Virus record (IMG/VR): IMGVR_UViG_3300044799_000154
Coordinates: 32,001 to 96,000 of that record
From: a virus
Length of the DNA stretch: 64,000 nucleotides
Direction: 5' to 3' (one strand)
Below the pieces are notes generated by a model that was not told the DNA's origin, did no database searches, and was given only the letters and a program-made list of their open reading frames with translations. Within the stretch, counting starts at the first letter, position 1. Every line of letters begins with the position of its first letter. Shown here piece after piece: positions 47,404-56,372 of the stretch. Position numbers and translations under genes: made by a program.

Positions 47404-48284
47404 AAATAGTTTTCTTCCAATGGGGTCCACACCATCAAGCAACTTGGGAATATCTTTTTAGTCAATTAGAACTGAAAGGTTTTAATCCCATAAATCATAG
47501 TGGACAAGAGAATGGTAAGAAAATTGCTGATGATGCAGATATAGTCTTTATTACCTCTGATAGAGATCGTCCTATTAAGAATCCCAAAACCAAGACATGT
47601 TTTATAGGACACGGAATGGGTTTGGAAAGTTGGGATCCTGGAATGAACACGGATGATCGTGTATTTCTTGCGGGAAAAAAACCTTGGACTCCGCCTCTAG
47701 ATGCTTCAAATTGGAGAATGGTTGGTTGGAGTAAATCTGATGTTCTATGGTATCCTGAAAAAGAAAAAGTAGATTATGTCAGAGACTTCATGGCTAAGTT
47801 TCCTTATGAGACTTCTATCTTATTTGTTCCTCCTCAAGATAGAAATGATCTTCCTCATCTTGATTTCATAGTAGAATATGCAGATCAGCATAAGTATAAC
47901 TTGATAGTTCCATTTAGGAAAAGAAGTCAAGCTTACAATATCGAAGAAGGAATTGCAAGATACAAAAAGTATGCTAATGTTCAATGCCCAGAGATCTTGA
48001 ATCTATATTACTTCAAACCTTATATCAAAATAGTAGCAATAATGGGTTTGTCTTCAGTTGGGAGAGAATTCTATCCAACTGGTCTTCCAACCTTACATGC
48101 TGGTTTTGGATTTGAAGAGTCTCATTTTAGTTATCCTATTGAAAGAGACTTTCCTAAGTTTCTAGAAGAAGCTATTATAGATCCAAAGAAATATCTACAA
48201 CCACCTGAAGTAGTTAGAAGCTTTCATGAAATCTGGGATGGAGAAGCTACAAAAAGAATAATAGCTGAAATAGAAAAAATGTAA
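47400..48284 (+). CDS. GT-B fold transferase (TagF/CDP-glycerol glycerophosphotransferase-like)
   Basis: FIGHG, VGWSKSD, ILFVPP, SSV..E, WDGEATKRII. Confidence 0.6.
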   Translation: MKIVFFQWGPHHQATWEYLFSQLELKGFNPINHSGQENGKKIADDADIVFITSDRDRPIKNPKTKTCFIGHGMGLESWDPGMNTDDRVFLAGKKPWTPPLDASNWRMVGWSKSDVLWYPEKEKVDYVRDFMAKFPYETSILFVPPQDRNDLPHLDFIVEYADQHKYNLIVPFRKRSQAYNIEEGIARYKKYANVQCPEILNLYYFKPYIKIVAIMGLSSVGREFYPTGLPTLHAGFGFEESHFSYPIERDFPKFLEEAIIDPKKYLQPPEVVRSFHEIWDGEATKRIIAEIEKM

Positions 48285-48421
48285 GTCTCCGAGAAGGAAA
48301 ATTCTAGAATAAATATAAGCACTAAATAGATTAATCCATCTGAACAAAAACGATTTCAAAGATAAGGCTAAAGAAGAAATCTTTATATGTTTCTTTCTTA
48401 TCCTTTAAGTGAGGAAATTAA

Positions 48422-48859
48422 ATGCCTTGGAGTAAAGAGAAACTTAAGGAGTATATGAAAAAGAAATATCATGAAGATTCTGATTATAGAGAAAAAGTGA
48501 AAAAGAAATCAAGAGAAAGACAAAGGAAGAACTATTATGACAAGAATCTTCGACCATATAGACAGAAGTTAAGAGCAGAAATTTTGGAACTTTTAGGAAA
48601 CAAATGCAATAATTCAGGTTGTCTCATTCCAGGAGGTTGTAAAGACATTCGGTGTTTGGAAATTGATCATGTAAAAAATAATGGATATCTCCATAGAAAG
48701 AAATTTGGGGGTGTTCGTCTGAATTATACTAGTTATTTGATAGAAATTAGAAATGCAATTCTTCATGGTTCAAAAGATTATCAACTTTTGTGCTCAAACT
48801 GTAACAAGATAAAAGAATTTGAAAGAATGGAAATTAAAAGAAAGCAAAGATTTCTTTAG
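48422..48859 (+). CDS. HNH-type endonuclease (paralog of 41074-41457)
   Basis: LGNKC...PGGCKDIRCLEIDHV...YQLLCSNCN. Confidence 0.75.
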   Translation: MPWSKEKLKEYMKKKYHEDSDYREKVKKKSRERQRKNYYDKNLRPYRQKLRAEILELLGNKCNNSGCLIPGGCKDIRCLEIDHVKNNGYLHRKKFGGVRLNYTSYLIEIRNAILHGSKDYQLLCSNCNKIKEFERMEIKRKQRFL

Positions 48860-48941
48860 TAACATTTTTTCAGAAATTAAAATTTGCCTTTCTCATCCTT
48901 TTCTAAGAACTTAGTATTTTAAAAAAAGAAATGTTTGGAAC
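48860..48941. terminator. convergent termination zone
   Basis: T-tract on + (48864-48870) and A-tract (about 48921-48927) between convergent gene blocks. Confidence 0.4.
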
Positions 48942-49283
48942 TTAAGCATATTTGGCTTTAATAGCTTTATATGCTTTCACTACAAATTTACGCCAAATAA
49001 CTTTGACTGCTTGATCTGCAAACATTGTTATAGCAGTTAACACAATAGCTTTTAGAGCTTCTGCTGGTATTCCAACTTCTGCAAAAGAATCCCATTGAGC
49101 ATCTGTTATTCCTGCACCTGCTATTCCACCTAAGATTGAACCAATGATTACTGTCTTTGCTAATTTTTGTTTATCAATAGATTCCCAAGGTTCATTCTTT
49201 GCCATTCCAATGCCAGCAGCTATAGCACCATAGACAATACCTTTTCCAATTCCAATAAGTATTCGTACTATTTCTGGATTCAT
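48942..49283 (-). CDS. holin-like membrane protein
   Basis: Three hydrophobic Gly/Ala-rich helices, basic C-terminus, at the end of the virion operon. Confidence 0.5.
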   Translation of the reverse strand: MNPEIVRILIGIGKGIVYGAIAAGIGMAKNEPWESIDKQKLAKTVIIGSILGGIAGAGITDAQWDSFAEVGIPAEALKAIVLTAITMFADQAVKVIWRKFVVKAYKAIKAKYA

Positions 49284-49315
49284 ATTCTCTCCCTACCTAT
49301 TATAAGTTATTTAAC

Positions 49316-49510
49316 CTATATAAGTGTTTTGGATTCTTTCTCACACTTTTTACAAAGATATGTGATCTTAATGCTCCCATTCTCAAATTTCTGTTGAACT
49401 TCAGTCATATTCCTAAAATCATCTAAGTTCCCACATTTGTAACATATGTATGGAATATATTCTATTTTAGGTTTTGCTTGAGATTCCATTCTAATTGCTC
49501 CATAATGCAT
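49316..49510 (-). CDS. small Zn-ribbon protein
   Basis: CYKCG...CKKC. Confidence 0.5.
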   Translation of the reverse strand: MHYGAIRMESQAKPKIEYIPYICYKCGNLDDFRNMTEVQQKFENGSIKITYLCKKCEKESKTLI

Positions 49511-52151
49511 TTATTCCAGTTGTACCTGTGCTTAAAGCTAGAGTACTACTAACACTCAAAGTAGAAATATCTACCTTTTTAATCTCATTGATGTTTCCAC
49601 CACCAACATATAGATAATCACCAGATCCTATAGCACAACCAAATGAGGTCCAATCAGTATCACTATCAGCAAGCTCTTTCTCAAAACCAAAGGCTCCCAT
49701 TCTCAACTTAAGCAAATGTTTGAAAGTGCATCCAGTAACCCAGAATAAATCATTCCAAGGTTTGGAACCAGCATAGAAGAAGCATTCCATCTTAGGAGTG
49801 TGAGAAGATCCAGTTGGAATAAGATAATTGCTTGTACTCAATGTAAGATCTGCCTTAGTAATTTTATAGCACATACCATTTGTCGTAAAGGCATAGATGT
49901 AAGTATCATCAAGATAGAATGTTTCTATCTGTCCAGGAGTAGTTACTTCACCAATTGCTAAGTTCTCAATGTCTAGATCACAAGTCTTATTGCTTCCATC
50001 ATTGTAAGTATCTCCAGCATAAAGATATCTGAAAGTATGATTGGCATGAAGTGTCAAAGTTTTAGTTCCCAAATCACCTGATGCTCCAGCATCTAAAAGA
50101 GCTTGACTTGAATAAACATCTAATGTAAGAGTTGTAGTACTCTTGACTAGTCTACAGAAATAGAAAGTTGTAAGAGCTATTGTTAAAGCAGTATCCTCAT
50201 ACGCTGATCCACCATTATCTTCATGAAGATAAAGTTTATAACTGGAAGCACCATCTTGAGTAACTCTAACTCCTATGAAAATTTTAGATCCATCATGCAA
50301 TCCTTTGGCATCATCTAGAGTGTCTTTAGCTAAAAGATAAGGATAAGCAACTGCTCCTTCAGCAGAACTATCTATACAGAATTTAAATTTATGAGTGAAA
50401 TTTCCAAAGTGATCTGCTGTATAATCTTTAGTTACTCTAGCATCTTGAGAAGTATTAGCATTGAAGTCTAGATAATTGTGATGAATAATATCTATCCAAG
50501 TCGCTGGATCAGTCTCTGTAAATCCTTTAAGATCTTCATAGACTCTATTATCTTGGAAAATTGTATATTTGTAAGAAGCTGTTATTGTTGAAAAGTCTGC
50601 AATAGCAATAGTCCAAAAAGCAGACTTTGCTGTAGCTACAGATCCACCTATCCTTAGATCTGTACCATCAACTGAGATTGGACCAACACTATCAGCACTA
50701 TCTCCACCAATAGTACTTAAAATTTTTACAGTCTCTGTCCAATCACTCTTAGCTATTTTAATTACTCTTGGAGATGAAGCTCCAGTACCATCCTGTAAAC
50801 AAGTAACATAAATATAATCTCCACTTTGAACAATACCTCTAATCTTTCGTCCATTTGTAAGAGTATGAGTAGAATTAACTCCCATGTCTCCAGAGCCATC
50901 TACTTTCTTGATAATATTCTCATTGGTTCCTCCGCCAGCTATGTAAAGCCAATTGGTGTCCCCGACAAGAACTAGATAACCTGCCATATTCTCCCCTACT
51001 TCTTCTATCTCATATACACATAAAAACCCTTCGGAAGAACTGTAAATTTCTCCCCATGTATACTTAATTGTTGTATAATTAATTACATCCATCAAACCCC
51101 AACCTTGATGAGCACCACTATATACCGTTTCATCAAGGCTCCAAGTATCGCCACTATCCAATGTTTTGAAAATTAAAACTTGAAATGGAGTAGCATAATC
51201 CAAAATAACTGTGTAGGTAGTTGCATCTACAACGTCAATTTTTCCCCAACCCTCAGAACCATTTCCAGAGTTACCTGCTGCGGTAATTGCTTTAATACTC
51301 CATGTTGAACCAGTCCAACTTGCAGTATGCCATTCCATATTACCACTCAGACCATGTACTGTAAATAGAATAATTGGATTACCATTTGGTAGAAGTCTTA
51401 AGTGTGCCCCTCTTGTTGCAGCACCAGAACTATCATATACCTTATCAGAAGTTGTAGCATTTGCTGGAGTCGTTATAACTGTACCATCAGCCTTTTTCCA
51501 AATTGTACCGCCAGATTCTCCAACTATATAATATACATCTACTAATGCTTCATCTCCAGCATCTTTTTCCCAAAGGATATGGATTTTATCATTACTATCC
51601 ATCCAGCAGTATGAGTTCCATAAGAAAATTGTACCACTGAAATCAGCAAGTTCCCCACTAATTGGATTGCTCCAAGTATCTCCACCATCTGTTGATTTTC
51701 TAATACGCACTACTCTACGAGATGATACATTATGTTGACATATAAAATATAAGTTTCCGACAGAATCCACTAAAATGTTAGGTTCATTGCATGAAGTTAT
51801 ATCGCTTGGTGGAGTTTTAGTTGCCCAACTAGTAATATCATAAGGATTAACACTTCTTTTGTATTTAGGTGCAGTATTACCACAAGAATAAAAAACATGA
51901 ATATAGCCATCCTTGTCAACATTCATACAAGGTCTGCCTATATCTATACCAGCAGCATTATCAGTAGCAACTGTAACTACGTCATGCCATTCCTCAGTTG
52001 TATGGTTGTAAGCAGTTATAATAATGTTTGCAGCACTCCTCTCATCAGAACAAACATATGTTGTACCATTAGCGTATACACTCGCTGGATTCATATAATT
52101 ACATTGTTGACAGAATTTATCTGTAATTGCCAATTTTTTGTATCCTACCAT
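49491..52151 (-). CDS. tail fibre/receptor-binding protein: BNR/Asp-box beta-propeller, second propeller and lectin-like insert
   Basis: KSTDGGDTWS, KTLDSGDTWS Asp-boxes; DKDGYIHVFY; tail-module context. Confidence 0.7.
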   Translation of the reverse strand: MVGYKKLAITDKFCQQCNYMNPASVYANGTTYVCSDERSAANIIITAYNHTTEEWHDVVTVATDNAAGIDIGRPCMNVDKDGYIHVFYSCGNTAPKYKRSVNPYDITSWATKTPPSDITSCNEPNILVDSVGNLYFICQHNVSSRRVVRIRKSTDGGDTWSNPISGELADFSGTIFLWNSYCWMDSNDKIHILWEKDAGDEALVDVYYIVGESGGTIWKKADGTVITTPANATTSDKVYDSSGAATRGAHLRLLPNGNPIILFTVHGLSGNMEWHTASWTGSTWSIKAITAAGNSGNGSEGWGKIDVVDATTYTVILDYATPFQVLIFKTLDSGDTWSLDETVYSGAHQGWGLMDVINYTTIKYTWGEIYSSSEGFLCVYEIEEVGENMAGYLVLVGDTNWLYIAGGGTNENIIKKVDGSGDMGVNSTHTLTNGRKIRGIVQSGDYIYVTCLQDGTGASSPRVIKIAKSDWTETVKILSTIGGDSADSVGPISVDGTDLRIGGSVATAKSAFWTIAIADFSTITASYKYTIFQDNRVYEDLKGFTETDPATWIDIIHHNYLDFNANTSQDARVTKDYTADHFGNFTHKFKFCIDSSAEGAVAYPYLLAKDTLDDAKGLHDGSKIFIGVRVTQDGASSYKLYLHEDNGGSAYEDTALTIALTTFYFCRLVKSTTTLTLDVYSSQALLDAGASGDLGTKTLTLHANHTFRYLYAGDTYNDGSNKTCDLDIENLAIGEVTTPGQIETFYLDDTYIYAFTTNGMCYKITKADLTLSTSNYLIPTGSSHTPKMECFFYAGSKPWNDLFWVTGCTFKHLLKLRMGAFGFEKELADSDTDWTSFGCAIGSGDYLYVGGGNINEIKKVDISTLSVSSTLALSTGTTGINALWSN

Positions 52152-52160
52152 AAACTCCCT

Positions 52161-53501
52161 CTAAGTTATTGTTAAAATTTTCTCCTCTATTAAAGTACTT
52201 AAATCAATCCTAAAAACATTATTTTCCCTGTCAACCACAAAGATCTTTCCAGTAGATAAAGTTGGAGTTGTCGTAGTTGCATTATTCTCTGAATAACCAT
52301 CAGAGTAATAACCAGAGTCTGAATCATAAGCCCAAGCCCTGTAATAATAATGAACTCCTCCAATTAATCCTATATTATTGTAAGATGTTCCAATGTCAAA
52401 ATAAACTAAATCACCATCTGAAATATTTGCTGGATAAGAACCTATCTTTCGTATAATCTTAGTCTTATCTCCACCTGTTCCTTTTGTCCAAGCAAGATTG
52501 ATTTGATGAGAATCTATTATAGTACATCCTAGACTAGAAGGATCATTTGGTTTGGTATAAAAGGTTACTTCATTACCATAGCCATATCCTACTGAATTGT
52601 AAGCATAAGCTCTAACATAATACAAAGTTCCAGGAGCAAGACTTGTCATTGATTCAGTGAAAGCTCCAGTTCCAAAAGGACCAGGACTTTCTTCGGTCTT
52701 AGAATCAGATATTGTTGGAGTCCCAGTTGTGTTCCAACAAATTCCTCTCTTAGTACAATTTGCTCCACCAGTAGCGGTAATAGTTCCATTTCCAGTAGCC
52801 GTGGTTTCTTCTACACTGGAAACTGCTTCAGTTGTAACTGTTGGAGCTGTTGGAGCTACATATTCCATAATTGCATCAGCAATCAAATTCCAGTAAGTAG
52901 TACCAAATGTCCAATTTACTGCTGTTGCAGATTGAGTAGCTGTAACAACTTTATACTCTCCATGTTCAAGATTATTTACACAACTTACAATAAGTGTAAA
53001 TCCAGAACCAACAGTTGGTGTCCCAACATTATACTTATATAAGAGTCCAACTATCATATCATGAGCATTTGATGTTGTAATGTTGACACTTGGATTGGAA
53101 GTACCATCGCCACCAGCAGACGGATTAGCTCCCGCATTACTATCAAAAATTGTTGTAGTATCTGCTCCACTAATGCCAAATGCTATCCCAGTCCAACCTT
53201 GAACATTTGGAGCACCACTTACCGCAACTGTTATAGAAATAGTTCCATGACTTGTCCAGACAGCATACCACTCTTCAAAGTTTTGATAAGCACTACCATG
53301 AATATATTGTACTCGTTTCCTTAAAGTCCATGTAAGGGCAGGATTTGATGTTATACCAGTAACAGTTTTATAACCACCACTATCAAAAGAACCTGCTGTA
53401 ACAATTAAAACATCATTATCCTGAGTAGTAACCAAATTAAATGTCGTTGGTGGGTAAGAGCCATTTAAACCTGAAACAGCTCCATCAATAGCTAAAGTCA
53501 T
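52161..53501 (-). CDS. tail-associated adhesin with FN3 domains
   Basis: LAPGTLYYVRAYAYNSVG and YYYRAWAY FN3 signatures; Thr-rich. Confidence 0.7.
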   Translation of the reverse strand: MTLAIDGAVSGLNGSYPPTTFNLVTTQDNDVLIVTAGSFDSGGYKTVTGITSNPALTWTLRKRVQYIHGSAYQNFEEWYAVWTSHGTISITVAVSGAPNVQGWTGIAFGISGADTTTIFDSNAGANPSAGGDGTSNPSVNITTSNAHDMIVGLLYKYNVGTPTVGSGFTLIVSCVNNLEHGEYKVVTATQSATAVNWTFGTTYWNLIADAIMEYVAPTAPTVTTEAVSSVEETTATGNGTITATGGANCTKRGICWNTTGTPTISDSKTEESPGPFGTGAFTESMTSLAPGTLYYVRAYAYNSVGYGYGNEVTFYTKPNDPSSLGCTIIDSHQINLAWTKGTGGDKTKIIRKIGSYPANISDGDLVYFDIGTSYNNIGLIGGVHYYYRAWAYDSDSGYYSDGYSENNATTTTPTLSTGKIFVVDRENNVFRIDLSTLIEEKILTIT

Positions 53502-53557
53502 AACCTCTTAAACCCATCTTTTTTTCAATTTTATCTCCATGTTATCTTAACTTTCTT

Positions 53558-54589
53558 TCAAGTTACAACAAGTTTTTTCTCTTCAACCAGACCACTAAGA
53601 TCTATCCTAAATACATTGTTATCTTTGTCAATTACAAATATTTTGTTAGAAGGCAAAGTAGGTTGTTCTTCTATTCCCCATGTATCATGTGCTGGTTCAG
53701 TTGCTTGGTATTTAGATACGAATATCCAATCCAAATCAAGAGTAGGATTAACACTATAACCACCTTCCATTTCAAAAAGAGTTACATTTACTGGTATATG
53801 TGTAGTATGATTTACTATTTGACTTCCATTATCTACATAATATGATGATGATGTATTAGCAATCCATCTTAATTCATAAAGATGAAATACATTAGCAGAT
53901 GGTGCTGTCCAAGCGGTTTTATCTTCAGCAGTATAATAATCCAAGATTTGACCCGCCCCAGATTGAAATATTGAATATTCTGCATTATCAGATTTTTGAA
54001 GACCATAATCAGACCCATTAGTGGCACTACTTCTTAGATTAAATTTTAGTCTGAGTGAAGTTGGAAGTGTTCCTTTGCTTCTTTCCTTACTATTAACACC
54101 AGACAGTGTTAAGTAGCCACCAGATTCAACTATTGTACCACTTACTGCTGTCCATTTGTTACTATCAATAGAACCATCAGCAAAGTTATCAAAGAATATG
54201 AATGTGGCTACACCTTGGGCTAAATCAGTTGCTAAATAAGGATATGTAGCATCAGACTTACTATAATAAACATAGATAGTTTTATCTACTGTACTTAAGT
54301 CTCCAGCAACTTCTACCCAGAATATGGCACTTGTACCAGAAACATAAGATTCCATCCAACAATCTATTAAAGTATTTCCAGTATCATCAGTAAATCTAAT
54401 ATCACCAAAATCGTTTCTACAATGACTGTCACAACTAACTTTTCCAGCAGTTACTCCACCAATGGTTTCAGTTCCGTTTGCTGTTCCAACTTTGTAAACT
54501 TTAATGCAAGTCTGATAGAGTGTTCCAGCATTAGCTGCATGAACAATAAGATGAGACTTTCTATAATTCCAACCAGTAAGCCAAGCCAT
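53558..54589 (-). CDS. DUF2341 + lectin-like tail protein
   Basis: WLTGWNYRK, DFGDIRFTD, AIFWVEV, IYVYY, FFDNF. Confidence 0.75.
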   Translation of the reverse strand: MAWLTGWNYRKSHLIVHAANAGTLYQTCIKVYKVGTANGTETIGGVTAGKVSCDSHCRNDFGDIRFTDDTGNTLIDCWMESYVSGTSAIFWVEVAGDLSTVDKTIYVYYSKSDATYPYLATDLAQGVATFIFFDNFADGSIDSNKWTAVSGTIVESGGYLTLSGVNSKERSKGTLPTSLRLKFNLRSSATNGSDYGLQKSDNAEYSIFQSGAGQILDYYTAEDKTAWTAPSANVFHLYELRWIANTSSSYYVDNGSQIVNHTTHIPVNVTLFEMEGGYSVNPTLDLDWIFVSKYQATEPAHDTWGIEEQPTLPSNKIFVIDKDNNVFRIDLSGLVEEKKLVVT

Positions 54590-54592
54590 ATT

Positions 54593-55732
54593 TTAATTCA
54601 GTCTCCTTTTACTTTCTTTTATTCTTCTAACTTTAATTTGAGGAGGAAGGATAACCAGTTCACAATTTCCTTCCTTCTCAATATTAGTATACTTGCAGAT
54701 TATTGAATGATTTCCAGAGCCAGCAAATAAAGTTCCTATGTAATTACTATTCATATCCAGAACTGGAGACCCTGAATCTCCACCAAGACTAAAGTTCTTG
54801 CCTGAAACTAGAATACAATCAATAAATGTAGCAGAACCTCTTGAATATTTTACAGTACCTGTCCAACTTGTAGATACTACACTTCCAACTGTTACTCCAG
54901 TAGTTCTTCCTACTTTCTGTACTCTTTGATTAAGATTTGGAAGTTTCTTTCCAATTGGTAATCCAATACCATATATTTTAACAAGACAGATATTTGTTAT
55001 AGGATTACATTTAGGACAATTGGAACATCCAATGAAAGAAGCAAAGGCGATGTCTACTCGGTTAAAGAAAGCTTCTTCAGGTCTGAAAGTTTTAAAGATC
55101 TTAAGAAAAAAATCTTTGATAGGATTCTTGACCTGTATAAACTTGATCTCAATACATTTGTAGAATTCTCCTATTTTATCTATAGGTTCTATTCCACCAT
55201 CGTAAGGAGAAGGTTGCAGTATAGAATCTCCTACCTTAGCTGTATTCTCTTTTCCAAAACAATGATTATTAGAAGCCATAAGCAATCTTCCAGTTCCATT
55301 TTCAATAAATAAACAATTTAATGTACAGGCAGTAGATCTATAATGTGTTGCTGAGGTCCCTGCTAGAAGAGGACGATATCTTAATTGTGTTTTTTGTCTT
55401 GGTGTAACAGGTCTAGGAGCAACTACTTCTACTTCATCAAGAGAATGAACTTCTCCCATTTCAACTACATCCACAGGATAACCATTAATAGTTTCTGGAA
55501 TTAGATCTTCAAGAGAAAGATGTTTATTAAAAATCTTTGAGATCACATTTCGTTTTCTAAACTGATCTCGTGGAATCTTCTTTGAAACATAAACTCTAAT
55601 AGCCAAAGAATTGAGAATCTTTCCATCCTTGATTTTGGGTTGTAATTCTCCATCAATACCAATTACATTAGGATATTTCCTCAGATCTAGAAAACATTTA
55701 GTTAACTCTTCTTCTGTACTGAATGCTTGCAT
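54593..55732 (-). CDS. chymotrypsin-like (PA clan) serine protease with N-terminal pro-domain
   Basis: SNNHC (His), VDIA (Asp), KVGRTTG, GGDSGS (Ser). Confidence 0.85.
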   Translation of the reverse strand: MQAFSTEEELTKCFLDLRKYPNVIGIDGELQPKIKDGKILNSLAIRVYVSKKIPRDQFRKRNVISKIFNKHLSLEDLIPETINGYPVDVVEMGEVHSLDEVEVVAPRPVTPRQKTQLRYRPLLAGTSATHYRSTACTLNCLFIENGTGRLLMASNNHCFGKENTAKVGDSILQPSPYDGGIEPIDKIGEFYKCIEIKFIQVKNPIKDFFLKIFKTFRPEEAFFNRVDIAFASFIGCSNCPKCNPITNICLVKIYGIGLPIGKKLPNLNQRVQKVGRTTGVTVGSVVSTSWTGTVKYSRGSATFIDCILVSGKNFSLGGDSGSPVLDMNSNYIGTLFAGSGNHSIICKYTNIEKEGNCELVILPPQIKVRRIKESKRRLN

Positions 55733-55810
55733 GTTCTTTTACCTTCTAGGAATGGAGTTCTCTACTAATAGAAAGTATATAGAAATTAATAAGGTTATCT
55801 AAGGTATGGA

Positions 55811-56296
55811 TCATTTGTTCCACATATCCTTTTTCTTATATAGACATTTCCTATGAGGATTCTCTATATATCCATTCTTTCTAAGGATCTCCCAGAGGAT
55901 CCTAGCTTGTTGAGATAGACCTTCATGACAAGAATAGAATTTACCATCTTTCTTGCTTATAGATATTGACTTCTGATTCTTGTATTGTAGAATGAAAGAA
56001 TCATCTTCTTCAATAATATCTATGTCAGCATGACTGTCTCGGAATATCTTCTTTAGGATTGTTTTAGAGAGATTCTCTGTCATTATTCTACCTTGACAGA
56101 ATTGTAATCCTCTAGCATTCTTGTTTATTGGTTGGACTTCAAGAGGATATGCTTTACTAGGTTTGAAGGAAATATTTAGACTCTCGTCCCTAGAATCATC
56201 TTTTGCACTAGAAGAAGTCTTACTAAAATGTTCGGGATGAGACCATCCCTCAATCAGTCGTTTACCCTCCTTACCTTTCATTCCACATCTATCCAA
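55811..56296 (-). CDS. hypothetical protein
   Basis: ORF; true start probably the internal MTENLS. Confidence 0.5.
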   Translation of the reverse strand: MDRCGMKGKEGKRLIEGWSHPEHFSKTSSSAKDDSRDESLNISFKPSKAYPLEVQPINKNARGLQFCQGRIMTENLSKTILKKIFRDSHADIDIIEEDDSFILQYKNQKSISISKKDGKFYSCHEGLSQQARILWEILRKNGYIENPHRKCLYKKKDMWNK

Positions 56297-56327
56297 TTAC
56301 AAGATAATTGCTTACTTACCTTTAATA

Positions 56328-56347
56328 GTGTTTCACACCTATTTAAA
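56328..56347 (-). promoter_or_regulatory. TATA-box promoter with GTGAAACAC element
   Basis: Reverse complement reads TTTAAATA-GGT-GTGAAACAC, matching the 22217 site. Confidence 0.45.
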
Positions 56348-56372
56348 GCTTTGTTCTTCATTAAAATAAATA

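Noticed and set aside
48330-48353. Intergenic INPSEQKR as another tag copy
   Set aside because: Lacks Arg at position 5 and follows an in-frame stop with no start codon
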